NCBI GenBank assembly: GCA_035221665.1
Contig: CM069135.1
Span: forward strand, 23,808,001 to 23,872,000
DNA length: 64,000 nucleotides
Reading direction: 5' to 3'
From: Okamejei kenojei
Lineage: Eukaryota
Shown here: positions 12,661-25,204 of the stretch, in pieces
How the letters are laid out: every line of letters starts with the position of its first letter
Position numbering within the stretch: the first letter of the stretch is position 1
Notes under the pieces: generated by a model
Databases searched by the model: none
Seen by the model: only the letters and a program-made list of their open reading frames with translations
Told to the model about the DNA's origin: nothing
Translations under genes and position numbers: made by a program

Positions 12661-13526
12661 TGTGGTGGCTTGGGGGGGTGGGGCAGAGGAGTGCAGGGAC
12701 AGAAAAGTGGGGACGCGGAGAGTGGGTCTAGCCTGGGACTGGTGGGGTAGAGGGATGAGTGGTGGATGTGGGCCATTGGAAGAGAAGACAGGACAGGGTG
12801 AGGGGTCTAGAGACAAATGGTGTCTTGGATCCAGTGGGGCAGATGGAAGTTTTGGGACTAGTGGAGGGAGGAGTGTCCCTGAGCCAGTGTGGACAGCCAG
12901 ATTGCCTAGGGGGTGAAAGGTGAGGGTTGGCGAGGCCTGGCAGGAGGGAAGGGCTGTCCAGGAGCGGAGGAGAGGATACCATTTTGATCACCTTAATAAA
13001 TCATAAATATGCCATAGAGGGATTGCAGTGAAGGTTCAGATTGAATCCTGGGAAGAGTGGATATTTTGTGGGAAGAGTGGATATTTTGTATGAAGAGAGA
13101 TAAGGTCAACTTAGTTCGTAATGTCTTGAGGTGATTAAATACAAACTACATACAAAATTCTGGCAATGGAAATGTCTATAACCAGCGATCATGGTCTCGC
13201 GTGAATGGCTATAGGGCCTGTCCCACAGGCGACTTTTTAGACGAGTGCAGGAAACTGCGCCTGCCACATGAGCGTCACATGTTTGCTGGTGATCTCTGGT
13301 GAGTCTCCTTCATGGTCACGAGGAGTTCCAGCATTCTGGGAACTAGTTGCTGCCTCAGTACGGTCGCAGCAAATCTTTCAACGTGGTGTCCCGTCAGTCC
13401 AGGGTCGCCCCGGACGTCTCTGGCCGCCCCGGGGGGATGGAACATGTGGGGGCAGTCAAGTGGCGGTTCGGCAGCACTTGCGGCGCCGGGGACCCGGATT
13501 CAATCCTGGCTGTGGATGAGCCGCGG

Positions 13527-13529
<3 letters not shown>

Positions 13530-13557
<28 letters not shown>
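13530..13557 (+). repeat. (TG)n microsatellite
   Basis: Direct reading. Confidence 0.9.
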
Positions 13558-13563
<6 letters not shown>

Positions 13564-14365
13564 GCAGCCGAGAATGTCTGTCCGCCGGTCCAGTGTCTCG
13601 AGAATGTCTCTCCCCCTGTTTCCCTCTCGCACCTGCCCCCTCTCTCTCGCTGTTACAGCCCCGTTCCTCAAATTCAATATATTTTTACACATAAATTATG
13701 AATAAAGATAAGATTTATACACAGTTTATACAGCAAGCGCTTTGTTCGCCTTTTCTTTATCGTGAATGACCTTTGCCAAATCCCATGATTCCTTGCGTTT
13801 TTCAGAATACTGAACTCGCTTATTCTTAATCACAGCAGCCAAATTGCTTAATTTCTAATGCCACAATGTATCAGGGTGTATGGGCGGACAGTGGAGATAT
13901 GGTGTTGGGGTAAAATATCAGCTATAATTGCATTAAATGGCGTACTCCTATTTTCTGGTTGTTTTTATTTCCTTGAGGAAGGGAATGGGGAGACATTTGA
14001 TCCTGTAAAAGAGGAAGGTATTATTGAATTCAACAATTTTACATAACTGTCCCTTTTACATACCTTTCTGGTTTGCAGTCATGTCATTCAATCTCTCCTG
14101 TTAAATGCCACAATATGGGACGGAGCATAGGTTTGTACAGATTGAACAACTTTTTAAAGTGCTGTCACTAGCATGATGGTGTTTCAGGCTACTTAGCTAT
14201 ATAATTCTTAGGTTCTCAACATTGTGTAGTTCGATGTGTTGTCTCGCTCAAAGGCCAGCAAATTTGTCATCATCATTCCACAGTCTGAGTAAATGAATTA
14301 ATATGTGCAATAGTAATTTTTCTTTATTGAAACCTCGCTAATGATGTTTTCCCCCCCCCAAGCAG

Positions 14366-14488
14366 CAGAACAAAGTATGCCTTTGGGAGGCATATGGCAG
14401 TGATAACACTGAAACAGAGCACTTGTTTGTGGAGGACCCTGAGCTCAAGTGTGAAATAAACCACGATGGTGATGTTATGGATTTACAG
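14366..14488 (+). CDS. NUP43: NUP43 exon 2
   Basis: QNKVCLWEAYGSDN...CEINHDGDVMDLQ. Tandem AAG-CAG-CAG acceptors make the start uncertain by 3 nt; donor gtaact. Confidence 0.88.
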
Positions 14489-14977
14489 GTAACTGCTAAG
14501 CAGTGGTCAAGTTTATAATAGATTTTGCTGCAAATCTAATTCTCCCAGCACTAGACTCCATTTGAAATATCTCCCAATTAAATGCAGATGGAAATAGCTA
14601 AATACTTGGAAGATTGAGGATTTGAAGATTATGGGGAACTAGCACAGACCACGAGCATAGATCAGTCATGATCATGTTGAAAGACAGGGCAGGCTTGAGG
14701 ACCTGGTGTGCTTCCCCTATTTTCCTGTGTCTTGATTCTCAATTTAAAAACTACCTATTTTTAAAAAGGGAATATTTGGGCTTGTGAATGACTGCTATCC
14801 CTCTAGGTTTTCAAAACAAGTGACCGTTGGGATTATATATTCAATTTTACATTTTGTGCATATTTGTTTCTATACAACACCTGATCCCCTTTGCTGCAGT
14901 AACTTTGTGCTAACTTTCTACTGTTATAACATCCTACTGTTAACATACAAAATTAGCAGTTTGCTTTCTTTTTGTAG

Positions 14978-15055
14978 TTTCTTGACCAGGAGAGGATTGT
15001 CACAGCTTCGTCTACAGGAAGTGTGAATATATTCCAACATCATCCCAACAGCGAG
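14978..15055 (+). CDS. NUP43: NUP43 exon 3
   Basis: FLDQERIVTASSTGSVNIFQHHPNSE. tag acceptor, gtaat donor, 78 nt. Confidence 0.93.
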
Positions 15056-15113
15056 GTAATAACGCTTAAATTATGACATTTCCACAGTGCTTCCATATTT
15101 TGTTTTTATAATG

Positions 15114-15412
15114 TTTAGTTTAGAGACACAGCACAGAAACGGGCCCTTTGGCGCACCGGGTCCGCACCGACCGGCGATCCCCGTACTCTAACGCAATCCT
15201 TCACACACTGGGCACAATTGACAATTGTACCAAGCCAATTAACCTACAGACCTGTACGTCTTTGGAATGTGGGAGAAAACTGAAGGTCTCGGAGAAAACC
15301 CACGCGGTCACGGGGAGAATGTGCAAACTCCGTACAGACAACACCCGTAGTCTGGATCGAAGCCGGGTCTCTGGCGCTGTAAGGCAGCAACTCTACCACT
15401 GCGCCACCGTGC
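15114..15412 (-). mobile_element. tRNA-derived V-SINE (HE1-like)
   Basis: Minus strand reads ggtggcgcagtggtagag (A box)...ggcttcgatcc (B box), then the V-domain ggagtttgcacattctccccgtgaccgcgtgggttttctcc and a CR1-like tail ending (taaac)n. Confidence 0.85.
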
Positions 15413-15503
15413 CGTCCAGTTATTGTTTCCGCTGTCAATGTTGTGCTTGTTTCAGATATCCTGATCCAGTTCCTATTTTGTTTTCTCTTTGCCTCTCCTG
15501 CAG

Positions 15504-15666
15504 ACTCTTACTCATTCCCGGCGCTGGGACCATATCCACTATCATTTGAACACCAGCGCCCCCTGCACCAGCCTGGTTTGTAGTTATCCTGACATTGTTA
15601 CCGTTGGGGAGGATGGACGAATCAATCATCTCCTAGCTGACTTAAACGAACCGGTGCGGACCATAG
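15504..15666 (+). CDS. NUP43: NUP43 exon 4
   Basis: TLTHSRRWDHIHYH...APCTSLVCSYPDIVTVGEDGRINHLLADLNEPVRTI. cag acceptor, gtgggt donor, 163 nt. Confidence 0.93.
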
Positions 15667-16029
15667 GTGGGTGAAGGAAAGTAAGGCTGAGTTTAATAAA
15701 GAACCATGCAGAGCAGGAAACATCAGATACCAGCGGACGTGTTTATCTATAATAGGCTTGCTCCTCCTCCATGGGTCACCACCTCTGTGGGAGGGGACTT
15801 CATACTCAATCACATAGCTTCCTCTTCCTTCATCTGAATTTATGATCATCCCCAAATTTAAATTGTTCCACCAATGGTGAATGGGTTTTCTCTATCAAAG
15901 CATCAAATATCTTTAATAGCTTAAAACAAAACAAATGAATGCTATCAGAAGAGAAACTGAGTAGATTTGGAAAGAGAACATAAAGGGTTGCATATAACTA
16001 AAGCAATTGGTATGTTGACATTTAATGAA

Positions 16030-16551
16030 TGAATTAATAAGTTTATTGGCCACGTATTCACATACAAGGAATTTGCTTTGGGGCTCCGCCCACGTGACAA
16101 CGTGACGTACAGTGACAGTTACGAATGACACATAAACTAAACATTAATAATAAAGCACCATTGATCAAACATGTGAACCAAACAAAATACCAGAGCAAAA
16201 GGAGGCTACAGATTTTTGGCTATTGAGCTGTTTTTATGTCTGGCTGTGGCAGCTTTGACAGTCCGGAGTCGCCTTCCAGAGGGAAGTCATTCAAAGAGTT
16301 TGTGGCCAGGGTGAGAGGGGTCAGAGATGATCTTACCCACTCGCTTCCTGGCCTTTGCAGTGTACAGTTCGTTAATAGAGGGAAGGTAGCAGCCAATAAC
16401 CTTCTCAGCTGATCGGACGATTCGCTGCAGCCTCCGGGTGTCATGCTTGGTGGCTGAGCCAAACCAGACCATGATGGAGAAGGTGAGGACTGACTACGAT
16501 GGCCGTATAGAATTGGACCATCATTGCCTGTGGCAGATTGTGCTTCCTCAG
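16030..16551 (-). mobile_element. Rex1/Babar-like LINE 3' fragment
   Basis: VWFGSATKHDTRRLQRIVRSAEKVIG..LPSINELY...IISDPSHPGHKLF; tail (ttca)n. Confidence 0.72.
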
Positions 16552-18007
16552 GGGATGAAAAGGGATGGAAAGTTAGAAAGTGTTATTGCAGTTGTATAGT
16601 GCCTTGATTAGACCAAACTTGGGAAAGTGTTGGTTATTTCCTCTGGCTTGAGGGATTACACACTAGATACAAGTCTGTGGAGATGATTCTCAAAAGAGCT
16701 ATGATCCAGTTGAATGGTACACCCAGTTCAAGAGACTAAGTATCTTTTTAATGCTTTTTAAATGATGTGGGATTATTTTTAAAGAATGTGTAGATATATC
16801 AACTTTAATGTAGTTAAAACATCCCAAGCTCTTTGCAATAATATAATCCAAATAAATTGTCACAGCACTAAAATCTGGCCTGGAGTTTAAGATTAGAACG
16901 TTCCCGTCCTGTTTATTGACATCTGTACATAGGTATTTTCTAGTCTGATTTTTGATCCAGGCTCTTCAAGGAATCTAGGCAGTTTGTAAAAATAGAGAAT
17001 ATTTTAACATTTTTTAAATATCTTCTTCACTTGCTGCACAATGAGATTCTGCATTTGCAGAACTAATTTTATGAATAATGTAAACTGTTAGCATTAATTT
17101 TTCACATTGCCCTTTTGAAAATGTATCTCCGCATTTTATGTTTGGTAACTAGTGAGAGCTACCTCAACTCATTATCTATGTAAATCTTTCAGTTTTGAAT
17201 CTCCTGCAGTGTAGTAATGTAACACTGATCTCTGCTTTCTGTTTTGTATTTAATATGCAGATATTGGATTGTGTTTTCTGATGTACTTTTTTTAATGATT
17301 TTGGCCTTCTAGGCTATTGGAGTTGAAGTCCATGGTTTTTGGTCAGTGGGGTAGTTTCCAAATGTCTAAAGCTAGGAAAGAGGTGCAGATATTCAGGGAA
17401 ATGAATTAATTTATAATATATTAACTGGAATTGTATTTTATAGCGGTGAAGAATTTGAATGACATGCCCAATATAACGGTCAATTGCAAAACTTCCAACT
17501 TGTTCAAGTTGACAGCTTGTAAATCCAGTAAAAATTGAGTTTATAGAACTACTGTTTCTAACATGGCAAGACAAACTTTTAGCAGTCACTTTCTATTTAA
17601 TGTGGCCTCGTGCACCATTAAGAAAATGCACAGTGAAAGTGTTGACAGAGGGATACCAGAGTGATTTATCTGTTTGCCTTTAAATAATGGCATTGTTTTG
17701 TTTGTCCCTGCCTGAGAGAACTTGGGAAGTGGCCTGCCTTCACCGTCATTTTTCGGGACTGCTGGGAGGATATGTGCTCAAGTCCTTGAAAACAAGTACA
17801 CCAGCCACTGCTGACTAAGACATGGCTGGTACATGATAAATTAATTAATGTTGCAAAGTGAGAACAGGGTTTTGCAATAGAGCTGCCTCACAAGACACTA
17901 ATCGTCGAACAGAAATCGCGTTGACAAGTTTTTCATCTGTTTGTTTGTTTGTTTGTTTGTTTGAAATTGGCTTCCAGATCTCATCTTCTTATTCCCTCTC
18001 TTTTCAG

Positions 18008-18143
18008 ATAATGCTGACAGCAGTTCACTCAATGCAATTACGTTTCTGCGAACTACAGAGATTTTGACAGTCAATTCTATTGGGCAGTTGAAAATCTGGG
18101 ACTTCAGACAACCAGGAGACAAACCATTGCAGATATTTTCTTT
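18008..18143 (+). CDS. NUP43: NUP43 exon 5
   Basis: DNADSSSLNAITFLRTTEILTVNSIGQLKIWDFRQPGDKPLQIFS. cag acceptor, gtaagt donor, 136 nt. Confidence 0.94.
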
Positions 18144-19631
18144 GTAAGTTGAACGATTATGTATTCACTTAAGCCTATACCTTATGCAGGAAGTATAATG
18201 GTAAAGTACAAGTGTGCAGCAGGTTTGGGCGTCTTGGATAATTATAATTGCGTAGGCAAGATCTGCATGGTTGAAACTTTAAAGTACTTTTATCTATAAT
18301 CCTAAAATAAATACTAATGGAACTGCACAACAGATTATACAAAGTTCCAAAAAGGATTTGAGTGGAAAGAATCCAGATCATTTTAAGAATCTGCCTCCAC
18401 CACTTTGCAGATGATACCTTTCAGATTCCAGCCATGTGCTGTTTTTAAAAAAAATCCACTGGTCAGTGGTAATTGTTTTCCCCTTATACCTATGAGCTCT
18501 AGTCCTTGGCCCCTCCACCAGTGGAGAGATACCGCACTATCCACTCTGTCCCCTCAACGTTTTATATACTTACAATAAATCCCTCATTCTCGTCCTTTAA
18601 ACAAAACGGCTCTAGCCCCTCTCGTCCATCCATGTAATTATAGTCCCTCAAGCAAGGGACCATTCTCAAATCTTTCCTGGGCCCTCTCTGATGCTTTCAC
18701 ATCTTTTCTATAATAAAGTTAAGTGAACATAGTCGTCCAATTGAGGTCAGACCACTGTTTTATAAAGATTTGACAACGCATTCCTATTTTCATACTCTAT
18801 GCCTCTAGTGATAAAATCCTCAGCATCCATGTCCAAATTCCAATTTTTTTCCTAAATACATTCCACTCCTCCGTATACTATCCTTTTACTATTTATATGG
18901 CTATATTTTTAGATTCTTATTTTGGGAGTTGCCAGTTATTCTTTTCTCATACACCTACTTTGTCTCGCATGTTTAGTTTCTCTTTCTCTTATGATCCTTT
19001 TGTAATCAGCCTGGTTCTCACTGGTATTTACACGCCTACGGGACATAAGCAGTCTTGATTTGCTTTATGTTTCCTTTGTACCTCTTTTGTCACTCGGGGA
19101 GCTTTGTATTTGTTAGTTCTCCCTACGTAAGTGTGTCTGAACTGCACCTGAATCATCTCTTCCATAAAGGCAATCAATAGTTCGAGTGCTCCTTATAAAC
19201 TTTGCGTTCCAATGTACTTGTGCCGAATCCACTTGCATCCCATTGAAATAACTTGTCAGCTCCTCTAAATCAAATAATAGTTGCATGCTTGTCTAATTTT
19301 CCCATGATGCCTTTTACACACTACTGCTAATAATTACAGGTTATGCATCCTTATGTTTAGGATGAAGGACTTCTGTATTTTCTATTGGATATTTGACTAT
19401 TGTATTTAATATATTTCCATCTGAACTTACAACAGGGATTAATTAATTTGTATTTTTGGTTCCTACCTCTGAACTTCCATGAATCAAAATGTTATTTCCA
19501 CACTACTGCCAAACCTTACATTATCTTAGAGCTCCAATGGCTGTGCAAATTTGCATTTAGAATTAAACTTATTTTAATTGTTTGCTTAGTTTTTTTTTTT
19601 TTCCTTTCCGGATGCTTCTCTTGGTTTTCAG

Positions 19632-19783
19632 CACAGATGAACGAGTGCCTCTGCACTGTGTAGACAGACATCCGAGCCAGCAGCATATAGTGGGAACAGG
19701 TGGCCAGGATGGGACACTATGTATCTGGGATATCAGGCAAGGAAGTGTTCCGATCTCCGTGTTGGATGCTCATTCTGCAGAAA
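19632..19783 (+). CDS. NUP43: NUP43 exon 6
   Basis: TDERVPLHCVDRHPSQQHIVGTGGQDGTLCIWDIRQGSVPISVLDAHSAE. cag acceptor, gtgagt donor, 152 nt. Confidence 0.94.
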
Positions 19784-20874
19784 GTGAGTTTGAATCTTCT
19801 CATCTGACTACGCCTCTGATAACTGAGCATTTGCACAACTAATTTGTGTTATTGATTAAATCTGTGCGTTTAAAGGTCATCTTATTTTCAGTGAGGGGGA
19901 AATTTAATCCAGATTTGAGACTTGCATTAAAGAGTAGGAGTGTGTTTGCATGTCATTCAATTATTTTCATGAGGAAAGCCTTCGGCTAGAGTGGGTAAAA
20001 TGTGGAACTCGGCACCACAACAAAAAACACAACTCGCCTAGATATGGTTAAGACAAGTTAAGGGTGAAAAGGAAAGGATATTCTGAAAAAAGTTAGATGA
20101 AGATGGGTTGGGGAATTCCGATAGCTTGTATTTACATGCAAGTTTTTAAGAATTTTTAGAATTGCATAGATGTCAATAGTACTGTCGAACTCTACCATTC
20201 TGCATCCCATTGTTCAGAATTCCTGATATGTTCAGCCTCTGGGTCACTTGTTAGTAAGCTAGGAGTCCAGAGTGTGAGAATGTGGAAACAAGATGCTGGT
20301 AAATACACAACAGCACACAAAGTCTGAAGGTTGTGACCCAAAACGTCACTTATCTGTTTTCATCAGAGATGCTACCTGACCTGCTGCGTTACTCCAGCAC
20401 TTTGTGTCCTGAGTGTGAGAGTGTTTGGAGCTGCAGTTGGAGTTGGGAGTATGGGTATATTTGTGACTGGAGCTGGAATTCAGAGTGCTAGTATACTATT
20501 GCCTTTAGATTCACCAGGTTCATTAGAAAAAACATACCGCAACTTGTTTTTAAAATAAGTGAAATAAAAGTGTTGTTATGACAATTTCTTCATTTTCCAA
20601 TGTCCAACTTTCCATTGCCATTACTACACAGGGAGGTAGGAGTGATCTTGTGCAGATTAAAGAAAAAAGATTTTCCAGTTGTTATTTCCAGTTAATTGAT
20701 TCTTTATTGTAGTTGTACAAACAAAGAGATGAACATACCAGATCCTACTTATTCTTTTACAAGTTGTAGCTTTCTGTTCTCTCGCTCTGGCGAGAACTGT
20801 GTTCTCTCCACCTTTCGTGCCTGATCTGGTCTGGTCACTCCCTGTCCAATATGATATTTGTAACGCCCTTCTAT

Positions 20875-21830
20875 TAGCAATGTTACAAAATTTTGAGATT
20901 TTAAAAATCGTCGGCAATTTATCTCACAAGATAAAGCATAAAAAGAAGTTTAATTTGACACCTGATTCACTTTCATATCTTCAGTATTAAAAAAGTTATG
21001 CCATTTTCATACTCGGAAATTAGCATCTTGTTCCCTATTGATTTTCCATTGACTTAACACAAAAGTTGTGATCGAGGACAGTCAAAAGCCCATAACTTTC
21101 TTAAAAATTAAGAGAACTGAAAGAAGTGTTCAGTTATTATAGATTGAAGCATTCTGAAACTAATATGAAACAATCTTACTTTGATGACCTGAAATTAAAG
21201 CATATAATTAGTTATCCAATTGTAGCTAATTACAAAATTCAATTACTAGATCTAAACATCTATCCATTTCTTAAGAAAATATTAACATTTTTTTAAAAGC
21301 CTAAGTGTCCAAATAACATTCACACAAGAATTCACAATATAACATGATTTTAAAATCTCATTGTTATGAATTTGTAGGCCAAATTGAAGGAATTTAGTGT
21401 TTAATGCCCGTAAATTAATGGGCATTTTAATCGGCTTGCGAGTGGAATTTTATGGAATGCAATGGATTGGAACGTTGCGGTTGCGGTGAATTTAAACCCA
21501 ATATCGGCAGGAAAAACACTGCCGGTTCATATGGGAAATAAATCACCGTTTCGCAACATGAAATATTGATTAAGGTCATCTAAACAAGCAAGTTTATATG
21601 AAAAAATAAACAGCTTTCACTTACCTGTCCCCTATGTAAAATCCGTCGGCGTTCACGGCATTAGGAGCTAATTTTTATTTTACTGTAGCGCTGAAATAGT
21701 CGGGCGATTTATTTTAAAATAAATAAATAAGTAAACACATACCGGTAGTCGGGACGAACCTTTAGCAAAAGCTCACACTCCGAGAAAATATAATTCCGGA
21801 TGGCAAGGGAAAAAACGCATTTTAACCCCG

Positions 21831-21863
<33 letters not shown>

Positions 21864-21939
21864 TTAAAGGCGCCAAAGTCACGCACACGACCAGTGACAG
21901 AACTGCAGCACCGCTAAAGGTAAGTTTTGTAACATACTT
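20875..21939 (+). mobile_element. Non-autonomous DNA transposon (about 1.06 kb, short TIRs)
   Basis: Ends TAGCAATGTTACAAAA ... TTTTGTAACATAC, with CTAT on both flanks. A second, inverted copy lies at 51171-52180. Confidence 0.75.
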
Positions 21940-22663
21940 CTATGCATCAAATGCATACTCCCCAGTGTTCAAAATAATACTGCTAGAAATATCTAGACAA
22001 AATAATATAATATGCAGTAGCTAGCCTAAACAAAATGGCTCCTACAAGTGTCTTTGGGTTTAATTAATGTTGACCTGCAACAATCTGGAAAATCTCCCTG
22101 TTCAGCAGTACTAAAGTCACTAGGACACTGGATTATCAGAGTTTTACTCGAATAGTTACATAATTGCTGTTGGCTGTATTTACCTAGCATTGAAAATCAT
22201 TAATGGCAATTTGTGCAGTTTGTGTTGCTTGTTTAAGAAATATTCCCCTCTCTCAAACTCATAACTGTATGTAGGATTCACTGAAACATCTGTGTGATTT
22301 TTTTTTTTTTTTTTTGTTTGTTTTAATCTCTCTGGTAAACCTGAGGAAAATAAATCATCCTGCAGATCCCTTTTAAGATATGACCTAATTATGGAAAAAA
22401 AGGCAATCCCATGCGACAAGGGCATGAGTATTTTCATCTCCAAACCCCTGAAGAAATGAACATCATTGCTCACTGGGTCTCTTTTTATCTATAATTCCAT
22501 TTGCCACCCTATCTCAGGCCCTTTGCATCGAATCTACTGATTCCTCCAACATTGAACAATATGTGTGTTCAGAGCTATCTATAGAAATTAACCTACTTTA
22601 GATGGCTAATTCCATAGTACCTTATTTTGGTGGTCAGTGCCCATGTCCCTCATCTGGTCATAT

Positions 22664-22752
22664 AAGAAGGGTCTCGACCCGAAATGTCGCCTATCTCCTT
22701 CGCTCCTTAGATGCTGCTGCACCCGCTGAGTTTCTCCAGCCTTTTGTGTACC
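22664..22752 (+). repeat. Penelope terminal-repeat copy, near-identical to 45692-45770
   Basis: aagaagggtctcgacccgaaatgtcgcctatctccttcgctccttagatgctgctgcacccgctgagtttctccagcc. Confidence 0.7.
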
Positions 22753-23828
22753 CTGGTCATATATCTTCATCCCTTGTACACCATGACTGAACCACAATTA
22801 CTTTGTTGCACCTTCCCTAACTAATGACCATCATTTTGGTGTGGGAAGCCCAGACATCTCTCCTCAACTTCCCCATCCTCCATCTGCTATATCTTGTTCT
22901 CATCAATGACAGAATACAACACTGGCCATACTGTTATCTTTGGGAAGCTCCAGTCCTGTCTGCTTTCATTGATGGGTATATAAGTCTCCATAGTGCTATT
23001 TGAACAGGAGAGTTTCTCTGTTGTAAAGAGTAATCCCTCAACTGACATCACTAATACAAATGTGTCATTGTCGTGTTGTATTTTGTCAGACCTCACTGGG
23101 TTGTATTACAAATCAAGTTATTTCCTCAATGATTTACGATGTTCATGTTTATTATTGTCATGTGTACTGAGGTACAGTGAAATGCTTTGTTTTGCATGCT
23201 ATCAAATCAGGTATACTATATGTAAATACAATCAAGTTAAGTACAGCAGGGGAAAATATATGGTGTGCAGAATATAGATCTCGGCATTGTAGCTCCATGG
23301 ACAATGTTCAATGTCTGTAATGGGGTAGAGGATATTTTGGTGATATGGGGCACACGGTAGAAATGCTTCCTTTTATCTAAAAAGATGAATGCAAATAAAA
23401 CTGATAGGATGTCTACTTTCTAATGCATATTTTGAATTAAGTCTGTGCACTATTGTCATTCAACTTCGTTTCCCTTAAAGACTATGCCATTTTGACTATG
23501 TTGAATGCAATGTCTTTTTTTTTTCTCATTAAAATCTGACATACGTTGACACAATTTCATAGTATTACTCATTTTTCTTAAAACTGTCCTTAGCTGGATT
23601 TGAGCATTGTCTTGCAAGTCAAGTAGATAACCTTACATTGGCATTTCCACAGTGGACAGAGTAGCCTCTGCTTTGCCTCTTCCAGGTCAATGATAATAAT
23701 GACTTAAATAAACTAGTAAGTGTTGTGCATTAGGAACCTTTTATCACACTGGACTGCAATTGCAACATTGCCCAGCGATTGAATGGCAAAGTATGAAGTT
23801 CTCATGGGTATACATTTTTTATTGACAG

Positions 23829-23948
23829 TGTGGGAAATTCATTTTCACCCTTCCAACCCTGATCATGTCTTTACCTGCTCTGAGGATGGGACTTTGTGGC
23901 ATTGGAATGCATCTGTTGTTAATTCTGAAAAAACTTCTTATCTTCAAG
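23829..23948 (+). CDS. NUP43: NUP43 exon 7
   Basis: MWEIHFHPSNPDHVFTCSEDGTLWHWNAS... cag acceptor, gtaagg donor, 120 nt. Confidence 0.94.
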
Positions 23949-24697
23949 GTAAGGACTGCTATACCTGTTCTATATTGCTTAAGTTAATATTAGCAATGGT
24001 TTAGAAAAAAAGATTAAATTAATTGAATAACCCTGGGGCAATTAATGCTTTTAAATGGAAATTTGTTTAACAAAAAACAAATGAGGGGTTCAAATCTCAA
24101 AATGCCTGAAGAGATAAATTTGTTCATTAGTTGTGTTGGTCATGGGAATGAGACTCCCCCCTCAATATGCGAAGGCCAGAGTTAGAGTGGGAACGGACAC
24201 AACCACATCTTTTAGCTCCCTGCTCTTCCATAATTTCTGACCTAATGATACCTAGGCTGCTACCTTTCACCCACTCCACTGTCTCAGTCTGGGTTTGTGA
24301 TCTTCGAATGTTACAATCACAAGCTGCATTGAGAGGTTAAAAAGCTATTTTACTACTTGTGCAATTGTGAAAAAATGCTAAGTTTAAAGCAGATCATACT
24401 GCTTTATGTTGTAATGGAAGCATAATTCAATTGCCAAGCAAAAATTGTAGGTGCTGGATATCTAAGCCAAAAATAGAAACATTTGAAAATAAATCAGGGG
24501 CTGACTGTTCTCCTGGGTATTTCTAGCTTTTCCTGTGTTCAAAGTGAACAATACAGTTTTTGCTTGGCAATTGAATTGTGTAAAACTGGTGGGTTCTGAA
24601 AATTGGATGCTAATTCAGCTGCACATGGATTAGGGAACAGGCATTCATTATAATTTAAAAATAAGTTATGACACTTACCTTTCTTGTGTTTTCCCAG

Positions 24698-24915
24698 GTA
24701 ACAGAAGCTTTGTGTTAAATAATTCCAAAGTTGACTTGAACCAGTCAGTGAGCAGTGCATGGGTCGCCAGTGATATTACAAAAGGAAAAGTCGATGCCAA
24801 AAATCTACTGTCGGATTATAGTTTATCGGTCAATAGTTTGGATGTCGTGGGAGAGCATTTAGTCTGTGGAACAGATGCAGAAGCTATTTACATTACCAGA
24901 AATCTGCAAGTCTGA
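24698..24915 (+). CDS. NUP43: NUP43 exon 8 (terminal)
   Basis: ...SVSSAWVASD...LSVNSLDVVGEHLVCGTDAEAIYITRNLQV*. The eight exons sum to 1101 nt, an intact frame of 366 aa. Confidence 0.94.
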
Positions 24916-25010
24916 AGAAGCAGATTCAAATGACTGAACATGAACTAATGCTCTAAAACCAAAAGCCTTGCCATTATGCTGAGCAGCGACAAGCATACTT
25001 GGATAACTTT

Positions 25011-25016
25011 AATAAA
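25011..25016 (+). terminator. Putative NUP43 polyadenylation signal
   Basis: AATAAA about 95 nt after the stop codon. Confidence 0.5.
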
Positions 25017-25204
25017 ACACCCCTTCAAAAGTGCCATGGTTGTCTGATTTTAAAACCTTATGCAGAAGACCAAATGAAGTTTAAATCAAGGCCACATCCT
25101 TGAGTTACAAATTTATTTTAAATCTCTAGCACCAACTTACTGTGATTTCTAACTGTTAAGTTGGGAATTTAAGAATCCTTATATATTGTATGACAATGCA
25201 CATA

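Noticed and set aside
11824-12916. Several long Pro- or Gly-rich ORFs (200-330 aa) on both strands
   Set aside because: They result from the stop-free G-rich minisatellite. The real coding part ends at the 11952 donor.
13049-13088. 20-bp tandem duplication (tgggaagagtggatattttg)x2
   Set aside because: A local slippage event inside a decayed LINE fragment, with no sign of function.
13213-13330. AGGGCCTGTCCCAC, resembling a PIF/Harbinger MITE end
   Set aside because: No matching second TIR was found, so it cannot be delimited.
15330-15412. tRNA-like A/B boxes (also at about 57428-57505)
   Set aside because: This is the SINE head followed by the V-domain, not a tRNA gene.
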